A DNA stretch of 64,000 bases, taken from assembly GCA_031459875.1 (NCBI GenBank), contig JAVKHQ010000004.1, forward strand, positions 66,609-130,608, read 5' to 3'. The notes below the pieces were generated by a model. The model ran no database searches. It was not told the origin of the DNA and was given only the letters and a program-made list of their open reading frames with translations. Positions 41,166 to 49,194 of this stretch are shown piece after piece. The position numbers were made by a program, and so were the translations under genes. Every line of letters starts with the position of its first letter. The first letter of the stretch is position 1. Source of the DNA: Candidatus Fervidifonticultor sextus (GTDB lineage: Bacteria; Sysuimicrobiota; Sysuimicrobiia; Sysuimicrobiales; Humicultoraceae).

Positions 41166-42680
41166 TCACCGGACGGCGATGTCCACGGGCGGCCGCATGG
41201 CGGCCAGCGTGGCCAGCACCTCGTGGATCGGGTGGGCGCGGAAGGCCTCGAGGAGCGCCCCGCCGGCGCGCGGCTGCTCGTCGGCCGCAGGGTAGGCGAT
41301 CTGGGACAGCAGGGCCTCGAACCGCGGCCCCCACTTGCGCGTGCCCAGGCGCGCCGTCGTGGAGCAGTTGTCCACCATGTAGGCGACGCCGCGGGCGTGC
41401 ATGTAGGGGAGCAGGGAGTCCACGGCCTCGATGACGGACTCGTTGGCGATCTCGGAATAGGGGTGCCCCCGCTCCACGAGCACGTCCACCTGGGCCATCA
41501 TCGTCCCCAGGAAGGTCCCGGCGGTGAAGGCGTGGACCTCGGCCCTCAGCCGCCCGCGCTGCCGGCGGACGTCGGCCCCCACCTTCCACATCCGGCTCCC
41601 CTCGATGGGCGGGATCGGGTACTCGGCCAGGCGCTTGCCGGCCAGGATCACGCTGCGCAGTTCGTTGCCCGAGGCGACCTCGTCGTAGATCTCGACCATC
41701 AGCGGCTTCGTCGTGGTGTAGGCGGCCGCATAGGCCCGCTCGAAGTCCGCCCGCTCCGGCCCCGACAGCCCGTCGTAGACGGCGCGCAGTCCCTCCCGGG
41801 AAATCCGCTGTGCGATCGGACCGGTGATGCTCTCGCAGGCGTGGACGAAGGCCTCCTGCTCCGAGTAGCCCTGGGCGAGGTAGCGGCGGTAGAGGCTCTC
41901 GACGATCCCCCAGACCGCGCCCAACAGGATCGCCCGCTCGCCGAAGATGTCGGAGAGGTACTCGGAGGTCAGCGTCGTCTTGAACGTATACGGCGCCCCC
42001 AGCGCCACCGACCAGGCCAGGGCGACCTCGGTGGCGCGGCCGTCGATGTCCTGCTCGACTGCGAAACTGGTGTTGATCCCGGCGCCGTTGGTCTCGCGGC
42101 CCTGTTCGTAGAGGCGGCGGACCGAGGGGCCCATGCCCTTGGGGCACACGCCGATGACGTTCACCGTCGGCGGGAACCGGTCGCCCGTGTTGCGCAGGTG
42201 GCCCACCAGGAAGCCGTGGGACAGCCCCAGCGTGGCGCCCGGCCGCAGCGCCTGGAAAATGCGCGGGTACAGCTCGGCCTGCGCGGCGTCGGCGATCAAC
42301 AGCAGGACCAGGTCGGACCGCTCGATGACCTCGAACATTTCGCCCAGTGTGCCGCCGGCCTCGGTGAACCCCGCCTGGCGGGCCGCCTCGAATGAACCCG
42401 ACCCTTCCCGCAGCCCGACGACCACCGTGATCGGGGTGCCCTCCAGCGACTCGCGCAGGTTCATGGCCTGGGCCGGGGCCTGCGAGCCCCAGCCGATCAC
42501 GCCGATGGTGCGGATGCCCGCCAGCGCCTTGGGCAGCAGGGGGAACAGGTGCCGCCCGCCACGCACGAAGGACTCGCGCCGGCCCGCCAGGTCCAGCGTC
42601 TCCACCGGGAAGATCGCCGAGGTGAAGGTGTTCTCGCCGGCGGCGGCCGCGGACTTTGGAGCGTGGGACGCCATGGTCAT
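41166..42680 (-). CDS. ilvC: Ketol-acid reductoisomerase, long class II (plant-like) form
   Basis: VIGWGSQAPAQA, LSHGF, CPKGMGPSVRRLY, SDIFGER, NCSTTARLG; about 500 aa. Start may be 42674, 42680 or 42692. Confidence 0.94.
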   Translation of the reverse strand: MTMASHAPKSAAAAGENTFTSAIFPVETLDLAGRRESFVRGGRHLFPLLPKALAGIRTIGVIGWGSQAPAQAMNLRESLEGTPITVVVGLREGSGSFEAARQAGFTEAGGTLGEMFEVIERSDLVLLLIADAAQAELYPRIFQALRPGATLGLSHGFLVGHLRNTGDRFPPTVNVIGVCPKGMGPSVRRLYEQGRETNGAGINTSFAVEQDIDGRATEVALAWSVALGAPYTFKTTLTSEYLSDIFGERAILLGAVWGIVESLYRRYLAQGYSEQEAFVHACESITGPIAQRISREGLRAVYDGLSGPERADFERAYAAAYTTTKPLMVEIYDEVASGNELRSVILAGKRLAEYPIPPIEGSRMWKVGADVRRQRGRLRAEVHAFTAGTFLGTMMAQVDVLVERGHPYSEIANESVIEAVDSLLPYMHARGVAYMVDNCSTTARLGTRKWGPRFEALLSQIAYPAADEQPRAGGALLEAFRAHPIHEVLATLAAMRPPVDIAVR

Positions 42681-42684
42681 GCCG

Positions 42685-44448
42685 TCACGCATCGAGGATC
42701 ATTTCCTTGACCGACTGCCCCGAGGGGATCATCGGGAGGCAGTTCTCCTCGGGGTCGCAGAGCACGTCCACCACGCAGGGGACGCCCTCGGTGGCCAGGG
42801 CCTCGCGCAGCGCGCCCTCGACCTGCTCCGGCCGCTCCACCCGGATCCCCCGCGCCCCGTACACCTCGGCCAGCCGGGCGAAGTCGGGGTTGCGCAGCAG
42901 TGACGCCGACAGCCGGCCCCGGTAGAAGAAGCTCTGCCACTGGCGGACCATCCCCAGGGCGCCGTTGTTGAGGATGATGATCGGCAGGCTCAGCCGGTGT
43001 TCCACCGCCGTGATCAGGTCCTGCAGGGTCATCTGGAACCCCCCGTCGCCGACCACGGCGAAGACCTGCCGGTCCGGACAGGCGAATTTGGCGCCCATCG
43101 CCGCCGGGAAGCCGAACCCCATGGCCCCCAGCCCCCCGGAGGTGATGAACGACCGCGGCGCCCGCGGCCGGTACCACTGCGCCAGCCACATTTGATGCTG
43201 CCCCACGTCGGTCACCGCGATGGCCCGCCCCTCGGTGAGCCGGTTGAGCAGGTCGCAGACGTACTGGTGGCTGATGCGGTCTGCGCCCTGGCGGTACCGG
43301 AAGGGGTACCGCGTGCGCCACTCGTCGATCTGCTGCCACCAGGCGTCGATCTGCGGGGGGCGCACCTGCGGCAGCAGCGCCGCCAGCACCCGCCGGGCGT
43401 CGCCGACGATCGGCACGTGCGCCGGCTTGTTCTTCCCGATCTCCGCCGGGTCGATGTCGATGTGGATGAACCGCGCCCCCGGCGCGAAATCCTTCAGCCG
43501 CCCGGTCACCCGGTCGTCGAACCGCACCCCCACGGCCAGGATAACATCCGCCCCGTTGATGGCCCAGTTGGCATAGGCGCTGCCGTGCATGCCCACCATT
43601 CCCAAGCACAGCGGGTTCGTCTCGTCCATCGCCCCCTTGCCCATCAGCGTCAGCACCGTCGGGATCCGCGTTCGCTCCACCAGCGCTGTCAGTTCCCGGC
43701 TGGCCTCCGAGGTGATGATCCCCCCGCCGGCGTAGATGACCGGCCGCTGTGCCGCCGAGAGCAACTCGGCCGCCGCCGCGATCTGGCCGGGACTGCCCTC
43801 GGTGATCACCCGGTAGCCGGGGATCTCGACGGCGTCGGGGAACTCCGGCTCGACCAGTTCCTGCGAGACGTCCCGCGGGATGTCCACCAGCACCGGTCCC
43901 GGCCGGCCGGTGCGGGCCAGGTAGAACGCCTCGTGAATCGCCCGCGGGATGTCGGCCGCCCGCATCACCAGCGTGTTCCACTTCGTGATGGGCATCGTGA
44001 TGCCGGTGACGTCTGCCTCCTGGAAGGCGTCGTTGCCGATCACCGGCCGGGCCACCTGCCCCGTGATGGCCACGATCGGAATGGAGTCCATCATGGCGTC
44101 GGTGATCCCCGTCACCAGGTTCGTCGCCCCCGGCCCCGAGGTCGCCGTGCACACCCCCACCCGGCCCGAGGCCCGCGCGTAGCCCACCGCCGCGTGCGCG
44201 GCCACCTGCTCATGGCGGCAGAGGATGTGCCGGATCCCGTCGGCGTCGTAGATGGCATCGTAGATCGGCAGCGACGCCCCACCGGGATGGCCGAACATGA
44301 GCTCGACCCCTTCCCTGCGCAGCGCCTCCATCAGCACCTGGGCGCCGTTCATCCTGGGCGCGGGGGCGGGGCCGCCCGCCTCGCTGGCAGCCGGCCGCGC
44401 CGGCCGACGCGCCGTTCGGGTCCGTGGTGCCGTCATCTGCCGGGCCAT
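42685..44448 (-). CDS. ilvB: Acetolactate synthase large subunit
   Basis: FGHPGGA, RHEQ, TSGPGATN, FQEAD, GMHG, DVGQHQM, GDGGF...NN, GMVRQWQ. Confidence 0.97.
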   Translation of the reverse strand: MARQMTAPRTRTARRPARPAASEAGGPAPAPRMNGAQVLMEALRREGVELMFGHPGGASLPIYDAIYDADGIRHILCRHEQVAAHAAVGYARASGRVGVCTATSGPGATNLVTGITDAMMDSIPIVAITGQVARPVIGNDAFQEADVTGITMPITKWNTLVMRAADIPRAIHEAFYLARTGRPGPVLVDIPRDVSQELVEPEFPDAVEIPGYRVITEGSPGQIAAAAELLSAAQRPVIYAGGGIITSEASRELTALVERTRIPTVLTLMGKGAMDETNPLCLGMVGMHGSAYANWAINGADVILAVGVRFDDRVTGRLKDFAPGARFIHIDIDPAEIGKNKPAHVPIVGDARRVLAALLPQVRPPQIDAWWQQIDEWRTRYPFRYRQGADRISHQYVCDLLNRLTEGRAIAVTDVGQHQMWLAQWYRPRAPRSFITSGGLGAMGFGFPAAMGAKFACPDRQVFAVVGDGGFQMTLQDLITAVEHRLSLPIIILNNGALGMVRQWQSFFYRGRLSASLLRNPDFARLAEVYGARGIRVERPEQVEGALREALATEGVPCVVDVLCDPEENCLPMIPSGQSVKEMILDA

Positions 44449-44514
44449 CTCAATCCCTCCGTCCCACTCTCATGGCGTCCCTCCATGCCTCCTCGCCGAA
44501 GCGACAAGCCCCTG

Positions 44515-44748
44515 CGCAAACACAAACGGGACCATCCCAAGGACGGGATGCTCCCGCGGTACCACCTTAGTTCCCTCCCGGCGTCGCGGCCGGGTGGGCC
44601 CTCTCACCCGTCTCGGGGGCGACCGGCGGGTCCTACTCGCGGTTCAGACCCGCAGCTCGGGGACGAGGTTCGGCGGTCTTGGAGACCGGCTCACACCACA
44701 CCCGGTTCGCTTCCTCCGCGAGCCCGCCTACTGCTTCCCGTCGTCGCT
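44515..44748 (-). promoter_or_regulatory. T-box riboswitch, Leu (CUC) specifier, with terminator
   Basis: Stem I with GA motif, AGUAG, AGCGA and GGUGUGA loop; specifier GAAC-CUC-G (44667-44665); Stem II with GAA/AGUA; T-box AAGGUGGUACCGCG (44568-44555); terminator GGGAGCAUCCC/GGGAUGGUCCC followed by GUUUGUGUUU. Confidence 0.93.
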
Positions 44749-44757
44749 CATCTGCTG

Positions 44758-44810
44758 GATGAAGAAGCCTGAGCGATAGGCACCGGTGAGGAACCTATCC
44801 CTCAGGCTTC
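44758..44810 (-). terminator. Expression-platform terminator of the ykkC-type riboswitch
   Basis: GAAGCCUGAG-G-GAUAGG ... CCUAUC-G-CUCAGGCUUC hairpin overlapping the aptamer 3' end; weak U-tract. Confidence 0.75.
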
Positions 44811-44902
44811 TATCCTGAAGGTGTAACGGCGCGATCCGCCGCCTGCGCCGCTTGGACCAGCCCGGCCCGGGTTGGACCGCGGAACCCTAGGCGCACTCCC
44901 TC
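44788..44902 (-). promoter_or_regulatory. ykkC-family riboswitch aptamer, probably subtype 2a (ppGpp)
   Basis: P0 GAGGGA/UUCCUC; P1 UGCGCC/GGCGCA; CUAGGGUUCCG; CUGGUCCAAGCGG; ACACC; P3 loop AUAGAAG; 3' GGAUAGG. Confidence 0.88.
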
Positions 44903-44929
44903 GAAATCAGGCCCTTTGAAATTGCCTCT

Positions 44930-44959
44930 AATCTACCGAGGCGGCAGCCGCCTTGTCAA
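44930..44959 (-). promoter_or_regulatory. Sigma-70/SigA-type promoter of the ilv-leu leader
   Basis: TTGACA-N18-TAGATT on the minus strand, about 27 nt upstream of the aptamer. Confidence 0.8.
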
Positions 44960-45021
44960 GCCCCGAACCCTCCGGGTCGCGTCGGCGGTGACGCGGATCC
45001 GACGCCGCCGCGCCTGCCTGG

Positions 45022-45786
45022 CTACTGTCGCCAGATCAGATGCAGGAAGGGCCCCTCCAGCGTGTGCTCCAGGATGTCAGTCGGGCGACGGAAATCGATA
45101 CGCTGGAACCGCCAGCCGGCCTCGCCCGCCAACCGCGCGCTCCGTTCGTAGCGGATCGCGAACTGGGCATCGGTGAGCGTCCCGCCGTAGGTGGTGGTCG
45201 TCGTCGTGCCGCCGCTGACGAAGTTCTCGGTCACGTTCATGGCGAACGCGTGGGCCAAAAACAGGCGCGCCGACCACGGCCCGCGCAGCGGGATGTGCGC
45301 CTCGGCGCCCAGGCGCGGCCCGCCGGCCCGCGCCTCGTCGCTGGTCGCCAGAGCCGAATCTTCGGTGCGGGCGCGGTAGTACTGCCAGCCGGCCAGCAGA
45401 TCGACGGCCAGCGGCCCCGGTCCCACCCGGTAGCGCACGTCCACGCTGGAAATCGTCACGTTGCCGCTCACCGACGCCGGGGCGGGCACGTCGCTGAAGG
45501 TGATGTTGCGCCACGAACCGCCGGCGTAGTCGAAGGCCAGCCACCATCGGTCGCGGAGTCTGAGCCGCGCGTCGAGCACCAGCAGGGTGTTGTCGGCCTT
45601 GACGTCCACCGGCCCCACGAACCGCCACTTCCCGCGGCCGAACCACGCGCCGACGCTGAGGGCGAAGCGCTGGTCGGGGGCCTGGTAGGCGAGAAGCGAG
45701 TGGTCCGGCCAACTCTGCCCGCGCGCCGACGCCGGCAGGACCAGCACGAAGGTCAGGACGAGTGTTACGGCCAGAATGCGTGTCAT
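45022..45786 (-). CDS. Putative outer-membrane beta-barrel protein
   Basis: Signal peptide; repeated alternating hydrophobic strands with aromatic ends; last strand GPFLHLIWRQ. Confidence 0.75.
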   Translation of the reverse strand: MTRILAVTLVLTFVLVLPASARGQSWPDHSLLAYQAPDQRFALSVGAWFGRGKWRFVGPVDVKADNTLLVLDARLRLRDRWWLAFDYAGGSWRNITFSDVPAPASVSGNVTISSVDVRYRVGPGPLAVDLLAGWQYYRARTEDSALATSDEARAGGPRLGAEAHIPLRGPWSARLFLAHAFAMNVTENFVSGGTTTTTTYGGTLTDAQFAIRYERSARLAGEAGWRFQRIDFRRPTDILEHTLEGPFLHLIWRQ

Positions 45787-45812
45787 GTCAGCTCCTCCCT
45801 GGCGGCCCGCCG

Positions 45813-46844
45813 TCACAGCGTCTCCGACTGTCCTGCGTTCAGGGTGGGGATGCGGAACACAAACGTGCTGGAGAAATCGCCGGCCCCGTCGTTGGGATCG
45901 TTGTTCCCGAAGACGTCCGGGTCGGTGTCGTAGAAGGTGAGCCCGTCGGTCACAGCCAGCCGCGGCGAGCGGGAGGCAATCGCGTAGTAGCGGGGGTTGG
46001 CGGCGGCCCCGCGGCCGCGCACGATGGCGTTTACGCCCCCGACCTGGATGACATCCCATCGGTCGGCGCTAAACGACCCGCCGCCGGCCCTATCGATGTC
46101 GAAGTCCAGCGACCGGGCGAAGCGGAGGTTGGTGATGGGCGACGTCCCGGTGTTGGTCAGGGTGATGTTGAAGCTGGCATAGCGGTCGCCCCGGCGAAGG
46201 CCGATGACCAGGGTCACGCGCAGCGGCCCCACGTCCACGACGGACCGCATGGCGAAGTTGGTCCCGTCAGAGGACACCTCGGCCGAGACCAGGGTCGTCG
46301 TTCCGGCCCCGGCATTGAAGAGTCCGGGGTCGCCCAGGTTCCCGTCGGCCCCGCCATGGTAGAGCGAGCCGCCATAGTCGAACTTGACGCTCCAGCCCTC
46401 ACAGGAACAGCCGGGGATCATGACGTCGAACTCGCTGGGGCTGGTCGGCAGCTGCCGCGAGGCGAACCCGATGCTGTTGGCCGGTGCCGGGTTCACGCCG
46501 GGCGAGAGGAAGGGCGTGGGCTGGATATCGCCGCCGGGGGTGACCATCGCGCCGCCGCGGTTCAGCCCGATCTGGATGAAGTCACCCGTCAGGACCTGGG
46601 GACCCGACACAGGGGTCCAGGTCCCAGGCACCGGGAACGGGATGGAACTCTGGTAGATCGCCAACAGATCGGCGTCGTCCACCCCGCCCATGATAATGAA
46701 GGGGATGCCTGGGGTGATCTGCGGCCCGCCCCCGTAGGGGAGCGGGATGGGCGTACCGGCCAGGTTGCCGATCGTGCATGCCGAGGTGAACAGGGCAAAG
46801 ACAACTAGTACACCTGCCTGGATCCTCCGGCTGAGATCCGGCAT
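45813..46844 (-). CDS. Hypothetical beta-rich lipoprotein
   Basis: Lipobox TSAC; Gly/Pro/Thr/Asp-rich beta-type composition; SD AGGAGG. Confidence 0.8.
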   Translation of the reverse strand: MPDLSRRIQAGVLVVFALFTSACTIGNLAGTPIPLPYGGGPQITPGIPFIIMGGVDDADLLAIYQSSIPFPVPGTWTPVSGPQVLTGDFIQIGLNRGGAMVTPGGDIQPTPFLSPGVNPAPANSIGFASRQLPTSPSEFDVMIPGCSCEGWSVKFDYGGSLYHGGADGNLGDPGLFNAGAGTTTLVSAEVSSDGTNFAMRSVVDVGPLRVTLVIGLRRGDRYASFNITLTNTGTSPITNLRFARSLDFDIDRAGGGSFSADRWDVIQVGGVNAIVRGRGAAANPRYYAIASRSPRLAVTDGLTFYDTDPDVFGNNDPNDGAGDFSSTFVFRIPTLNAGQSETL

Positions 46845-47028
46845 ATCAACCTCCTGGGTTATCCGCCGTGGAACCTCCCGACGTTTTTGAGAACGGACTG
46901 TGCCCGCCGGGCACGCTCGTTCAGTACGGGAATTCTATGCGCCGCCGCCAATTCCTGCCCGCGGGCACGACTTGTGAGCAGGAATCGGGGGCGTCGGAGC
47001 CCAAGTTTTCAGCACGCCCTTGATGAGG

Positions 47029-48531
47029 ATGGAGCAGGTGCGCGTCGGCTGGTTTGTGATCCTGACGCTTGCGGCTGCTGCTGCCGGATGCGGCTCGGTC
47101 GGCGGCCTCATCGGCGTCCCGCCGGGGAGCTCCGAAGGCCCCTCCCCCGCGGTGGCGTCGGTGCAGCCGCCAGCAGACGCCCTGGCACCGCCGGACGCCC
47201 CGATCAGCATCACCTTCACCAAGCCAATGCGCCACGGCACCCTCGAGATCGCCGCCGAACCGCCCCTGGCGTTCGGGGAGCCGCAGTGGTCGGAGGACGC
47301 CAGGACCGTCACGGTCCGACCCGCCTCGCCGCTTCTCCCGGGCGTGATCTACACGGTCCGCGTGCGCGGCCGCGACCGGCTGGGGAACCCGATGGCCGAG
47401 GACTTTGTGTGGAGTTTTTCAGCCGGCGCGCCCCGCGAGGGACGGCTGCGCATTGCCGAGCGGCTCGAGGTGGGCATGGACGCGCGCCTCTTCACCTTCT
47501 TTGTCGCCCGGCTGGCTGCGGGAGAGACAGGAGGGGCCGAACCCAACCCCCTGCGGAGCGCGGTGCGGGCCCGGCTCGCTGAGCTGCCCGCGCGCGTGGT
47601 GGATCCGGTCCGGAGGTTCTTTGCTGATCATCCAGCATCAGCCGACGAATACCTCGCGGCCGTACTGGCCCTGTCGGCACCGCCGGAGTTCCGCGAGGCC
47701 GCTCCTCTGCCTGCGTTTCAGGGGGCGTCGGGCCCGCCGGGGCAGTCCGGCGGCACGGAGCGCTCACCGCCGCCGAGGCAGCAGCCGGGCAGCCGGCCGG
47801 CTACCCGGCCGCAGGCGTCTCCCGCGCCCGCCGGATCGCCGGCCCTCCAGGCCTCATCCCCTGCCCTCTCAGGACTCGGTCCGCTGCTGGCACAGTTCTA
47901 TGCCGGCGCGAACATCGCCGAGTTGTGGCGGTCGGCGGGAACGGCGTATGCGGAGGCGCTGGAGAACCAGCGCAAAGAGGCACCCGTAATCCTGGGCCAG
48001 GCGGCAGACTACCTCCGGGGACCGGCGAGGCCGGTCAGCCGGCTGGTCGTCCTCCCCAACCTCCTGGGGCGGCCCGGTGAGGGGTACCTCGTCCAGCAGT
48101 CCGAGCGCGTGATCTTCGTGGTGGCGGCCTCGCCAGCGCCAGACCGGCTGGCGCTCATCAGGCCGTTCGTGCGCCTGGTGCTCGGTCCGATTCGGGGGAC
48201 CGCCGGAGACGCCGTGGCGCGCGCGGAACCGGTGTACGCACCGGTGCGCGAGATCGCCGCGGCGCGCTCGGGGCTGCGGACGTGGCCCGAGGTGGTGGCA
48301 GAGAGCCTGTTCGAGGCTGCGGCCATCCGGCTGGCCCTCTCCGGCGAGGAGGCGCAGGCCGCCCTGCGGGCCGGATACGACCGCGGGCTGATCCTCGTCC
48401 ATCACTTCACGGCGCAACTCGCCGACTACGAGCGGAGCACCGTTCCCCTCGCGGCCTACTACCCTACCATGATGGCGGCGGTGGACAATGACCTGGAGTT
48501 GCGCCGATGGGCCGAGCATCGGCGGAACTGA
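47029..48531 (+). CDS. Lipoprotein with an N-terminal bacterial Ig-like (Big_5/SbsA-type) domain and a helical C-domain
   Basis: Lipobox AAGC; ISITFTKPM...YTVRV..RDRLGNPM..DFVWSFS. Confidence 0.8.
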   Translation: MEQVRVGWFVILTLAAAAAGCGSVGGLIGVPPGSSEGPSPAVASVQPPADALAPPDAPISITFTKPMRHGTLEIAAEPPLAFGEPQWSEDARTVTVRPASPLLPGVIYTVRVRGRDRLGNPMAEDFVWSFSAGAPREGRLRIAERLEVGMDARLFTFFVARLAAGETGGAEPNPLRSAVRARLAELPARVVDPVRRFFADHPASADEYLAAVLALSAPPEFREAAPLPAFQGASGPPGQSGGTERSPPPRQQPGSRPATRPQASPAPAGSPALQASSPALSGLGPLLAQFYAGANIAELWRSAGTAYAEALENQRKEAPVILGQAADYLRGPARPVSRLVVLPNLLGRPGEGYLVQQSERVIFVVAASPAPDRLALIRPFVRLVLGPIRGTAGDAVARAEPVYAPVREIAAARSGLRTWPEVVAESLFEAAAIRLALSGEEAQAALRAGYDRGLILVHHFTAQLADYERSTVPLAAYYPTMMAAVDNDLELRRWAEHRRN

Positions 48532-48579
48532 CCCGCAGGGAACGGCCGGAAGCCGCGGGCGCGTCCTGCGCGGCTCGGG

Positions 48580-49173
48580 TTATGGCGTCGTCAACCGGAG
48601 TTCGCCGCCGGCCAGGGCGAAGTTGGGATCAGGCCTGGGCCGACCCATCGGCGGCGGAATGCGCAGGTAGACGTCGCGACCCACCGTGACGGTCACGAAC
48701 CCGAACCGGTCGCCCGGACCCTGGCCCAGGGCATCCAGCGGCCGGTTGAGTTCGTCGGTGGTCACGAAGTTAAGCATGAAGCGGGTTGGCAGCGCCGTCC
48801 CGGTCGCCAGGTCGGTCAGGGGGAGGTTCACACGGAGGGCACGCCGATCCGGCAGCACCTGACCGAAGGGGAACGGCGCCGGCGGCCGGATCGCCGTGAA
48901 TCCGAAAGGCTGCAGGCTCGTCGGCGGGACGATGCCAAAGAAGAACCGGCCCTCGCGGTAGACGATATAGTGGGTCCAGTTGGTGCTGTCGGGCTGCGGC
49001 CCGGCCAGGAGGGATTCCCCCACCGTGAAGGCGATGTAGTATGCCCCCCCGCGGTCCTGGATCGTCCCGACCACAGCCATGGTGATCACCACCTGGGGCC
49101 CCGATTGGGCCCTGGCAGGACCGGACACCGACACCGCCAGCGCCGCAGCCGCCGCCAGCAGGATCGTCCTCAT
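48580..49173 (-). CDS. Hypothetical secreted protein at the end of the lpt-like operon
   Basis: Signal peptide ARA-Q; beta-rich; SD GGGAGG. Confidence 0.8.
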   Translation of the reverse strand: MRTILLAAAAALAVSVSGPARAQSGPQVVITMAVVGTIQDRGGAYYIAFTVGESLLAGPQPDSTNWTHYIVYREGRFFFGIVPPTSLQPFGFTAIRPPAPFPFGQVLPDRRALRVNLPLTDLATGTALPTRFMLNFVTTDELNRPLDALGQGPGDRFGFVTVTVGRDVYLRIPPPMGRPRPDPNFALAGGELRLTTP

Positions 49174-49194
49174 GGCGTCTTCCCTCCCATCCGC

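Noticed and set aside
44788..44902. Guanidine-I or PRPP riboswitch
   Set aside because: P0 and the GGAUAGG tail indicate subtype 2. An A at the G96-equivalent position and the BCAA/T-box context favour ppGpp.
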